From Eledone cirrhosa (lineage: Eukaryota), in contig OZ024744.1 in assembly GCA_964016885.1 (NCBI GenBank), forward strand, positions 125,860,001 to 125,924,000: DNA of 64,000 bases, in the 5' to 3' direction. The notes beneath the pieces were generated by a model that worked only from the letters and a program-made list of their open reading frames with translations, was not told the DNA's origin and ran no database searches. A program made the position numbers and the translations under genes. Within the stretch, counting starts at the first letter, position 1, and every line of letters starts with the position of its first letter. Shown piece by piece: positions 1-10,757 of this stretch.

Positions 1-42
1 ATCCGCGAAAAGTGAACCGCGATATAGCGGGTTCACCAGCCA

Positions 43-101
43 GTGTATTACTGGTACTTTATTTTATCGACCCCCATAAGGATGAAAGGCAAAGTTAACT
101 G
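43..101 (-). mobile_element. SINE fragment (same family as 19277-19395)
   Basis: Reverse complement reads gttaactttgcctttcatccttatgggggtcgataaaataaagtaccagtaatacact, matching the longer copy at 19277. Confidence 0.7.
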
Positions 102-194
102 TGCAATAACAAAGGGAGATAACCTCGTCTTTTTTTTTTTACGGAGTTATTTCCCTTTAAATTTTATCTATTACTTATGATGATACAATTTAAT

Positions 195-325
195 CAGTTC
201 TTAGCTGTCGAGACACTGCATCCTTTAAAACCTCCATGGAACAAGCTACCTGCAACAGTTGTTAGCTGTCGAGACACTGCATCTTTTAAAACCTCCATGG
301 AACAAACTACCTGCATCAGTTGTTA
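195..325 (+). repeat. 61-bp tandem duplication (~2.2 copies) of a CR1 ORF2 3' end fragment
   Basis: agctgtcgagacactgca at 203 and 264. It encodes WNKLPA.VVSCRDTASFKT, like the C-terminus of the 921-aa ORF. Confidence 0.75.
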
Positions 326-384
326 GGGTCTGAGTTCAAATCACGCCGAGGAGGTTAACTTTGCCTTTCATCCTTACGGGGTCG
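326..384 (+). mobile_element. Truncated SINE fragment
   Basis: ggtctgagttcaaatcacgccgagg...ttaactttgcctttcatccttacggggtcg matches the start of 19277-19395. It has a B-box-like GAGTTCAAATC. Confidence 0.75.
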
Positions 385-594
385 GTCGGAAAACGAACCA
401 TTCCCGGTTCGCTTTCGAAGCGGGTTTCCGAAAACAGCGCTTCTCTCGACCGGGCCCGTCGTCCGCTCGGCGGTGGTTTTCATCGTCCCAGGCACGGCTA
501 ACAGGCGGAGACGGGACAAACGCGCGTGTTCCTTTTTTTATCAGCCGCAGCGCCGTTCGTATATATGCTTAGGTTGTTTTTTTTTTAAATATCC

Positions 595-825
595 TAAGTT
601 AAGTTGGGGCTAAGTTAAGTTGGGGCTAAGTTAAGTTGAGGTTAAGTTGAGTTGGGGTTAAGTTAAGTGGGGGTTAAGTTAAGCTGGGGTTAAGTTAAGT
701 TGAGGTTAAGTTAAGTTGGGGTTAAGTCAAGTTGGGGTTAAGTTAAGTTGGGGTTAAGTTAGGTTGGGGTTAAGTTAGGTTGGGGTTAAGTTAAGTTGGG
801 GTTAAGTTAGGTTGCGGTTAAGTTA
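595..825. repeat. 16-bp minisatellite (TAAGTTAAGTTGGGGT)n, ~14 copies; repeated at 42621-42850
   Basis: Read directly from the sequence. Confidence 0.9.
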
Positions 826-3800
826 CATTCGCCGCCGGACTTCAGCTTCCTCATTTAGCATGGGCAGTCTTTCTTGAAAATCACACCACACACAGCAAAT
901 GTGTGTCCGCACATGTACCAGTAATTACAGATCGATTCCGGTGAAAATTCACTGAAAACGGGCCATCCGGCCCTGTGCGTCGATCGTGGGCCGGCCGGAT
1001 GTTGACGGATCGATGTGTAATTAGAAGTACATGTGCGGACACTCATTGGCTGTGCGTGGTATGCATTTCAGCAAGATATCTCCGTAACATCAAGAGTTAT
1101 GGCTGTGGAGGCACACCTAGTCAAACGTAAACAAGGTCTGGAGCGTTTACGCTTCGCGATTTTGTTTACGTTTGACTAGGTGTGCCTCCACAGCCACAAC
1201 TCTTGATGTTACGGAGATATCTTGCTGAAATGCATACCGCGCACAGCCAATGAGTGTCCGCACATGTACTTCTAATTACACATCGATCCGTCAACATCCG
1301 GCCGGCCCACGATCGACGCACAGGGCCGGATGGCCCGTTTTCAGTGAATTCTCACCGGAATCGATCTGTAATTACTGGTACATGTGCGGAGACACATTTG
1401 CTGTGTGTGGTGTGATTTTCAAGAAAAACTGCCCATGCTAAATGAGGAAGCTGAAGTCCGCCGGCGAATGGTGTGCTTCGAAGAAAACTAATTCGAAAAT
1501 GACCGTTTGCAGGCGGAGTAACCTTTTCGATCGTGGGCCAGCCGCCCGTGGTGGGATCCATCTGTAATTACTGGTACATGTGCGGACATACATTTGCTGT
1601 GTGTGGTGTGATTTTCAAGAAGAACTGCCCATGCTAAATGAGGAAGCTGAAGTCCGCCGGCGAATGGTGTGCTTCGAAGAAAACTAATTCGAAAATGACC
1701 GTTTGCAGGCGGGGTAACCTTTTCGATCGTGGGCCAGCCGCCCGTGGTGGGATCCATCTGTAATTACTGGTACATGTGCGGACACACATTTGCTGTGTGT
1801 GGTGTGATTTTCGAGAAAGACTGCCCATGCTAAATGAGGAAGCTGAAGTCCGCCGGCGAATGGTGTGCTTCGAAGAAAACTAATTCGAAAATGACTATTT
1901 GCCGGCGGAATCACCTTTTCGGTCCTGGTCCGGCCGGATCTTGCCGGATCGATCGGAAATTTGTGGACCATGTTCGGAAGGCCATTGTGCATGTGTGGTG
2001 AAAAAAATTTGTGTCGAAATCTTCTCGGAAAATAACGGATCGCCGGCGGAGATTGCCATTTCGATCGTGGGCCGGCCGGATCTTGTCGGATCGATTCGGA
2101 CATATGTGCATCGTGTTCGCAAGGCCCTTGTCTATGTGTGGTGTGATTTTCATAAAGAAATTCCGAAAAACCCAGTTTTAAATCTGATTTCGCCAAAGAA
2201 TTTTGGCTATCAGATCGGGTTGAAAGGTATGGTTTCAGGTCGATCTGAAAGTCTAAAATGGAATTCATTCGGTTAGCTAACTATTGATATATCGGAGATA
2301 TCTTTCTGAAAATCACACCACACACTCCCAATGAGTGTCTGCACATGTACCAGTAATTACAGATGGATCCCACCACGGGCGGCCGGCCCACGATCGAAAA
2401 GGTTACTCCGAAGCACACCATTCGCCGGCGGAATTCATTTAGCATGGGCAGTTTTTCTCGAAAATCACACCACACACAGCCAATGAGTGTCCGCACATGT
2501 ACCAGTAATTACAGATGGATCCCACCACGGGCGGCTGGCCCACGATCGAAAAGGTTACTCCGCCTGCAAACGGTCATTTTCGAATTCGTTTTCTTCGAAG
2601 CACACGATTCGCCGGCGGACTTCAGCTGCCTCATTTAGCATGGGCAGTTTTTCTCGAAAATCACACCACACACAGCAAATGTGTGTCCGCACATGTACCA
2701 GTAATTACAGATCGATTCCGGTGAAAATTCACTGAAAACGGGCCATTCGGCCCTGTGCGTCGATCGTGGGCCGGCCGGATGTTGACGGATCGATGTGTAA
2801 TTAGAAGTACATGTGCGGACACTCATTGGCTGTGCGTGGTATGCATTTCAGCAAGATATCTCCGTAACATCAAGAGTTATGGCTGTGGAGGCACACCTAG
2901 TCAAACGTAAACAAGGTCTGGAGCGTTTACGCTTCGCGATTTTGTTTACGTTTGACTAGGTGTGCCTCCACAGCCACAACTCTTGATGTTACGGAGATAT
3001 CTTGCTGAAATGCATACCGCGCACAGCCAATGAGTGTCCGCACATGTACTTCTAATTACACATCGATCCGTCAACATCCGGCCGGCCCACGATCGACGCA
3101 CAGGGCCGGATGGCCCGTTTTCAGTGAATTTTCACCGGAATCGATCTGTAATTACTGGTACATGTGCGGAGACACATTTGCTGTGTGTGGTGTGATTTTC
3201 AAGAAAAACTGCCCATGCTAAATGAGGAAGCTGAAGTCCGCCGGCGAATGGTGTGCTTCGAAGAAAACTAATTCGAAAATGACCGTTTGCAGGCGGAGTA
3301 ACCTTTTCGATCGTGGGCCAGCCGCCCGTGGTGGGATCCATCTGTAATTACTGGTACATGTGCGGACATACATTTGCTGTGTGTGGTGTGATTTTCAAGA
3401 AGAACTGCCCATGCTAAATGAGGAAGCTGAAGTCCGCCGGCGAATGGTGTGCTTCGAAGAAAACTAATTCGAAAATGACCGTTTGCAGGCGGGGTAACCT
3501 TTTCGATCGTGGGCCAGCCGCCCGTGGTGGGATCCATCTGTAATTACTGGTACATGTGCGGACACACATTTGCTGTGTGTGGTGTGATTTTCGAGAAAGA
3601 CTGCCCATGCTAAATGAGGAAGCTGAAGTCCGCCGGCGAATGGTGTGCTTCGAAGAAAACTAATTCGAAAATGACTATTTGCCGGCGGAATCACCTTTTC
3701 GGTCCTGGTCCGGCCGGATCTTGCCGGATCGATCGGAAATTTGTGGACCATGTTCGGAAGGCCATTGTGCATGTATGGTGAAAAAAATTTGTGTCGAAAT

Positions 3801-6435
3801 CTTCTCGGAAAATAACGGATCGCCGGCGGAGATTGCCATTTCGATCGTGGGCCGGCCGGATCTTGTCGGATCGATTCGGACATATGTGCATCGTGTTCGC
3901 AAGGCCCTTGTCTATGTGTGGTGTGATTTTCATAAAGAAATTCCGAAAAACCCAGTTTTAAATCTGATTTCGCCAAAGAATTTTGGCTATCAGATCGGGT
4001 TGAAAGGTATGGTTTCAGGTCGATCTGAAAGTCTAAAATGGAATTCACTCGGTTAGCTAACTATTGATATTTCGGAGATATCTTTCTGAAAATCACACCA
4101 CACACTCCCAATGAGTGTCTGCACATGTACCAGTAATTACAGATGGATCCCACCACGGGCGGCCGGCCCACGATCGAAAAGGTTACTCCGAAGCACACCA
4201 TTCGCCGGCGGAATTCATTTAGCATGGGCAGTTTTTCTCGAAAATCACACCACACACAGCCAATGAGTGTCCGCACATGTACCAGTAATTACAGATGGAT
4301 CCCACCACGGGCGGCTGGCCCACGATCGAAAAGGTTACTCCGCCTGCAAACGGTCATTTTCGAATTCGTTTTCTTCGAAGCACACGATTCGCCGGCGGAC
4401 TTCAGCTGCCTCATTTAGCATGGGCAGTTTTTCTCGAAAATCACACCACACACAGCAAATGTGTGTCCGCACATGTACCAGTAATTACAGATCGATTCCG
4501 GTGAAAATTCACTGAAAACGGGCCATTCTGCCCTGTGCGTCGATCGTGGGCCGGCCGGATGTTGACGGATCGATGTGTAATTAGAAGTACATGTGCGGAC
4601 ACTCATTGGCTGTGCGTGGTATGCATTTCAGCAAGATATCTCCGTAACATCAAGAGTTATGGCTGTGGAGGCACACCAAGTCAAACGTAAACAAGCTCTG
4701 GAGCGTATACGCTTCGCGATTTTGTTTACGTTTGACTAGGTGTGCCTCCACAGCCACAACTCTTGATGTTACGGAGATATCTTGCTGAAATGCATACCAC
4801 GCACAGCCAATGAGTGTCCGCACATGTACTTCTAATTACACATCGATCCGTCAACATCCGGCCGGCCCACGATCGACGCACAGGGCCGGATGGCCCGTTT
4901 TCAGTGAATTTTCACCGGAATCGATCTGTAATTACTGGTACATGTGCGGACACACATTTGCTGTGTGTGGTGTGATTTTCACGAAAAACTGCCCATGCTA
5001 AATGAGGAAGCTGAAGTCCGCCGGCGAATGGTGTGCTTCGAAGAAAACTAATTCGAAAATGACCGTTTGCAGGCGGAGTAACCTTTTCGATCGTGGGCCA
5101 GCCGCCCGTGGTGGGATACATCTGTAATTACTGGTACATGTGCGGACACACATTTGCTGTGTGTGGTGTGATTTTCGAGAAAGACTGCCCATGCTAAATG
5201 AGGAAGCTGAAGTCCGCCGGCGAATGGTGTGCTTCGAAGAAAACTAATTCGAAAATGACTATTTGCCGGCGGAATCACCTTTTCGGTCCTGGTCCGGCCG
5301 GATCTTGCCGGATCGATCGGAAATTTGTGGACCATGTTCGGAAGGCCATTGTGCATGTGTGGTGAAAAAAATTTGTGTCGAAATCTTCTCGGAAAATAAC
5401 GGATCGCCGGCGGAGATTGCCATTTCGATCGTGGGCCGGCCGGATCTTGTCGGATCGATTCGGACATATGTGCATCGTGTTCGCAAGGCCCTTGTCTATG
5501 TGTGGTGTGATTTTCATAAAGAAATTCCGAAAAACCCAGTTTTAAATCTGATTTCGCCAAAGAATTTTGGCTATCAGATCGGGTTGAAAGGTATGGTTTC
5601 AGGTCGATCTGAAAGTTTAAAATGGAATTCACTCGGTTAGCTAACTATTGATATATCGGAGATATCTTTCTGAAAATCACACCACACACTCCCAATGAGT
5701 GTCTGCATATGTACCAGTAATTACAGATGGATCCCACCACGGGCGGCCGGCCCACGATCGAAAAGGTTACTCCGAAGCACACCATTCGCCGGCGGAATTC
5801 ATTTAGCATGGGCAGTTTTTCTCGAAAATCACACCACACACAGCCAATGAGTGTCCGCACATGTACTAGTAATTACAGATGGATCCCACCACGGGCGGCT
5901 GGCCCACGATCGAAAAGGTTACTCCGCCTGCAAACGGTCATTTTCGAATTAGTTTTCTTCGAAGCACACGATTCGCCGGCGGACTTCAGCTTCCTCATTT
6001 AGCATGGGCAGTTTTTCTTGAAAATCACACCACACACAGCAAATGTGTGTCCGCACATGTACCAGTAATTACAGATCGATTCCGGTGAAAATTCACTGAA
6101 AACGGGCCATTCGGCCCTGTGCGTCGATCGTGGGCCGGCCGGATGTTGACGGATCGATGTGTAATTAGAAGTACATGTGCGGACACTCATTGGCTGTGCG
6201 TGGTATGCATTTCAGCAAGATATCTCCGTAACATCAAGAGTTATGGCTGTGGAGGCACACCTAGTCAAACGTAAACAAGCTCTGGAGCGTATACGCTTCG
6301 CGATTTTGTTTACGTTTGACTAGGTGTGCCTCCACAGCCACAACTCTTGATGTTACGGAGATATCTTGCTGAAATGCATACCACGCACAGCCAATGAGTG
6401 TCCGCACATGTACCTGTAATTACACATCGATCCGA
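826..6435. repeat. Foldback (inverted-repeat) array of ~196-bp monomers with four long palindromes; higher-order periods 1780, 1780, 1584
   Basis: Arms ...ctagtcaaacgtaaacaa / ttgtttacgtttgactag... flank 27-nt spacers starting at 1135, 2915, 4695 and 6279. Monomers repeat every 196 bp, and mirrored ORFs appear on both strands. Confidence 0.95.
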
Positions 6436-6547
6436 CGACGGACAGAGTATTCGGTTTATTTTCTTGACATATTTCTTTACATATTGTCCAGGCATGCACT
6501 TTTTCCATGATTAGTTCTGTTGACGGCCCGCTTTCCAAAATACCTTA

Positions 6548-6576
6548 TCCTGTGCAACGCCGGGTACCACTGCTAG
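6548..6576 (+). mobile_element. Helitron 3' terminus (hairpin + CTAG|T); repeated at 48182-48210
   Basis: tcctgtgcaacgccggg-taccactg-CTAG followed by T. This is the canonical GC hairpin 8 nt upstream of CTRR, abutting (TA)n. Confidence 0.8.
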
Positions 6577-6797
6577 TATATATATGTGTATGTATATATA
6601 TATATATATATATTGGTAAACGGAATAGAAAATTGTGACAAATTGTTCACAGTGAAAAATAGTTTAATTAGGAATAAGTGATAATTAGTAATAGTATTGG
6701 TTAGTATTAAGTTTTGGTTTTAAGTTTTACCGGTTGCGCATTTCTAATGCTTTTCAAAAATAATTTTGAGATAGAGCGTCCGTGATGTTTGCTCTGA

Positions 6798-6841
<44 letters not shown>

Positions 6842-6991
6842 AACAGTAGAAAGGAAAAAGATTTTTTCAGTAGAAATTGCTGAAGAGATTCTTTCAGTGT
6901 AATTTCAAAACATTAATTTATTTATAAAGTGGATATTTCCACATTTAATAATGGCACTGGGTTCAGCATTATATACATTGTCAATTGTGGA

Positions 6992-7245
6992 TTCTACTTT
7001 TGGCACAAGGGCTGCAATTATCCAGTACATTACTGGTACTTTATTATTTATACAAATAATAATTGTTTCTACTTTTGGCACAAGGGCAGCAATTACCCAG
7101 TACATTACTGGTACTTTATTATTTATACAAATAATAATTGTTTCTACTTTAGGCACAAGGTCAGCAATTACCCAGTACATTACTGGTACTTTATTATTTA
7201 TACAAATAATAATTGTTTCTACTTTAGGCACAAGGTCAGCAATTA
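6992..7245. repeat. 75-bp minisatellite (~3.4 copies) derived from the SINE 3' end
   Basis: ttctactt(t/a)ggcacaagg at 6992, 7067, 7142 and 7217, running into a minus-strand SINE body. Confidence 0.85.
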
Positions 7246-7318
7246 CCCCAGTACTTTATTTTATCGACCCCGTAAGGATGAAAGAAAAGTTAACCTCAAC
7301 GGGATTTGAACTCAGTCT
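7246..7318 (-). mobile_element. SINE fragment
   Basis: Reverse complement is ctgagttcaaatcccgttgaggttaacttttctttcatccttacggggtcgataaaataaagtactgggg. Confidence 0.7.
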
Positions 7319-7406
7319 GTAAAGGGAGGTAACTGCTGGATTAATTTGGTTAATTAAGTTAACAGAAATTATGAACCGGTTTCTACAGAGCCTTCTGGAC
7401 ATTTAA

Positions 7407-7627
7407 CCCTTTAGCATTTAAACCAGCCATACCTAGCCAGAATACTCTCACATCTTTCTGTTCAAACCAGCCATAACTGGCCACTCATACTGACGTTAAG
7501 GTATTGTTCTCAATATAAATAATATCAAAATCTCATAGATTCGATATTATATGAGATAATTATGTAAGATAAAGCCTTTACCACAAAAATACAATAGTAT
7601 ATATAGAGTAATAAAAATGCTAAAGGG
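7407..7627. mobile_element. piggyBac-type MITE; copies at 11080-11300, 15148-15368, 49025-49245
   Basis: 13-bp TIRs CCCTTTAGCATTT / AAATGCTAAAGGG, left flank TTAA, right flank TAAA. Confidence 0.75.
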
Positions 7628-7939
7628 TAAAAGTAGCTTATTATTTTGTGAGCTCTTGCTACTTATTGCTCTTGTGCATCAAGAACATACACAGCTTACA
7701 TTTTGTTGCTAATCTCACTGAGATCCAACTACATCTCTTGTTTATCCATAGTTTGGAATTTCTACCTACTCCTTTCCTTTAGAATGATCAAGGCCATTTT
7801 CTTGTGGGGATCTAGGCCCTGTTTTCCTTTCTATTTTGCCAAGTTATCTTACATCACTTTCATTCTAGACCATGCTTCCAGGTTTGGAATTTCTCCTCTA
7901 ATTTTACCACAGATTAAGTGACAAGGGTTCAATCATGTG

Positions 7940-9620
7940 CATACAGGAGTTCCCATGGACAGCCAGTAATATGTAATAGCCTGCAGGATGATAATAAACA
8001 GAAGAGGGTTAATTACAGAGCCCTGATAGAGGGTTAATAACAGAGCCCTGATAGACTTGTTCACTCAACTCCTCACTATAGCCATCATTACTTTTAACCT
8101 TACTGACTGCTCCTCCATACATGGCTTTTACTGCTCTCACAAGCCACTCATATACCCCTAGTTTTCTAAGTTATACACCAGATTAGGGAAGGGGGAAGTC
8201 TCACAGAAGCTCTCTCTGGGTCAACAAATGCCAAGTAGAGGGGCTTATTTTAGCTAGGTACTACTCTTGCAGTTGCCACACAAGGAAGAGGACATCAGTG
8301 GTACTTTTACCTGGCACAAATCCAAACTTCATCTCATCTAGGTTAACTTGGTCCCTAATCAGCTGTGTTATAAATCTAACACCTTCATGAAGTGGTCCAT
8401 CTAATATCTCTATAGTTTTCTAGCTCTAGTACATCTCCTTTGCCCTTGTAGCAGTTGATGATGATGATACTACACCATTTATTTGGTATGACACCATTTT
8501 GTATTACATGCTGTACGATACCAGTGGTTAAGATGTGACCCACCATCCCAGATACTTTCAGTATCTCAGCAACTATCACCAATGGACAAGATACTTTCTC
8601 TGTCTTCATATCCTTAATTACCTTACTTCATATCCTTAATTACCTTACTGCTTACTTGTATGGCTGGACCCTCTGTTGGGCCCACTTTCCGTAGACTATC
8701 TTCCTCCCATGCATTCTCCTCATTCAGTAATCTTTCATAAAGGCATTTCCATGTTACAAAGGTTGGCTGAAAAGTTCATAGACTATCAATGATAGCATGA
8801 TGCTAGAGCTGTGAAATCTTGCCTGCATTAATTTCAACTCTTCTTATTAATAACTGCATTGTTTCCTTCCAGGGACTATGTTGAAAAATAAACCTCATTT
8901 GGTCATTCCATGAGTGTATCTTGGTCTGCCTATGAACTTTTCAGCTGACCCTATTCAGCATCAGTGAGCCCAAATGCCCCATTATCATCCTGGACACACT
9001 TTACCCCAACATCACAATTTGCCCTCACACACTGCCTCACAATCCTGAACATCTCATGTATTTCATCCTCACATCATAAAACCAACTGAAATTATATATT
9101 CTCTGCTTCCCTCCTTGCAAAGAATACTTCTTGCCTAGCTTCCTGTAGTGTACCCTCCAGCTGCCTCCATTCTGCCATTATTCCATGCCTGTCTCTTGGC
9201 CTTAACTGTCTCATCTACCCTAGTGTTTCACCACCAAGATACTCTCCTCTCTGAAGCCCTGCTCCAGCCACAGATCTAGTTTGACACCTTCAGCAAAGGT
9301 TCTTTAAGGAACTCCCACTGTTCCCCTATATTGTATGTTTCTATTTGTTCTTCCTTACTGTTGTAAAGATCAAACAAAATATCTCTAAATTTGGAACTGG
9401 CTGAGGGGTCCTTTAACTTCCATATCCTTCTCCTCCAAGTTGCCCTCAGTCTTCAAGTTCATCTAAGTCTATGAAATCACTAACTACTGGGTTATGTTGG
9501 GAGGTGCATTCTTCCCCAGGGGGTGGGGATTGTGTGTTTACAAATGTCAATATCTCATCTTCTGGTGAGGATAAAAATCTGACTGGCATGCTCCTCTGAC
9601 CAATAGGTGTTGAAGTGGTT
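7940..9620 (-). pseudogene. Decayed RTE-clade LINE (RT region and upstream linker); copies near 11613-13293, 15681-17361, 49558-51238
   Basis: Minus-strand peptides CYKGKGDVLELENYR, DEMKFGFVPGKSTTD, YLAKNKPLYLAFVD and YQGSVINPLLFIIILQA, with stops and frameshifts. Confidence 0.8.
8755..8953. mobile_element. mariner-like MITE nested in the RTE relic; copies at ~12428, ~16496, ~50373
   Basis: Imperfect TIRs TAcaaaggttggctgaaaagttcatagac ... gcctatgaacttttcagctgacccta. Confidence 0.65.
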
Positions 9621-9666
9621 GTCGGGTAAACGTTAAGACCCTCTGATATACATATATATATATATA

Positions 9667-9725
9667 CTAGCAGTGGTACCCGGCGTTGCACGGGATAACG
9701 TATTTCGGAACGCGGGCCGCCATCT
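9667..9725 (-). mobile_element. Helitron 3' terminus, same family as 6548-6576; copies at 13340, 17408, 51287
   Basis: Reverse complement is cccgtgcaacgccgggtaccactgCTAG|T into (TA)n, with ~55 bp of similarity to 6524-6576. The 5' extent is not resolved. Confidence 0.8.
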
Positions 9726-10039
9726 TCCACTTCAGCCGGTCGCCCTAAAGTGTTGGCTATTCAGTCTACTTGAGGCCAGTTGGTGAGGGGGGGTAAAGCT
9801 TTCAGTGTGCTACTACCCTCACGGTCAAATAGAAAGGGAGAGGAAGAAAAGTCAGCGTTAATATCGTGCTACACGTTTGAAAGGTTGGATGACCTTAGAG
9901 TTCACCAGGGTGGGGGGTTCTAAAAGTATCTATCTTGGTATTTTATCTTAGAAGTAATCATTACAGAGTGTACTGGGTGTATTTTAGTGGGCAGTAATTC
10001 CATAAAGAACACAGTATAATCTGTGGACACAAGCCTTGC

Positions 10040-10757
10040 AGTGTGATTACAGGCAGGTTAATGGGAAAGATAGATTATATATGTGACATGATGTACATGA
10101 GAAGTGAGGACACAGACCACACATGAAATAGATTCCTACAACTGTCAGGGAGGCTCCCTAGAATTACAGATGACATATTTCAATATCTCGGTGATCAAGT
10201 TAGCAGTGGAGGAAGAATCTCTAAAAGTGTAATACCCAGGATAAGGACAGGCTGGAAGAAGTTTAGAGTACTGTTCCATCTGTTGACAACAAAGGGCTTC
10301 TCTCTCAGAATGGAGGCTAGACTGCTTGATACTTATGTGTGGTCTGCAATCTACACCCCAGCCATGCCCCTTCCACTACCACTCCTTAGCTATTTCTCTC
10401 CATTAATACTCCTCACATTTCAAGCAGTTTTCTCATCTCAATGAAAGAAAAATATTGGGCTCAAGAGAAGTCTTCAGTTATGCCATGGTGTGGCAACCTC
10501 CCTAGGGTTGGGCAGAGTGTAAATGAGAGTGAAATTAGGTATGAGAGGGATCAGATGCAGTATACAAGAGAGTAGATTACATTGGTATGGTCATGTGATG
10601 GGTATAAAGGATGACAGCTGTATAAAAATGTGCTGGGCAATCAAAGTTGATGGAAGTTATGAAGGCGGAAGACCTAGGATGACCTGGGATGAGGTGATAA
10701 AAGATGACTTTGCACAATTGCAACTCTCAAAGACAATGACACAGGATAGAGATCTTA
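10040..10757 (+). pseudogene. RTE-clade LINE C-terminal fragments; copies ending ~14419, ~18575, ~52454
   Basis: RLHWYGHVM...GGRPRMTWDEVIKDD is a typical RTE ORF C-terminus. Confidence 0.75.

Noticed and set aside
384-545. Helitron 5' TC terminus at 386 or 541
   Set aside because: 386 is not preceded by A and the SINE does not resume after 6576. A|TC at 541 is too common a word to call.
855-6538. Many 60-270 aa ORFs in the foldback arrays
   Set aside because: They are mirrored on both strands because of the palindromes, have no recognisable domain, and vary in length with monomer count.
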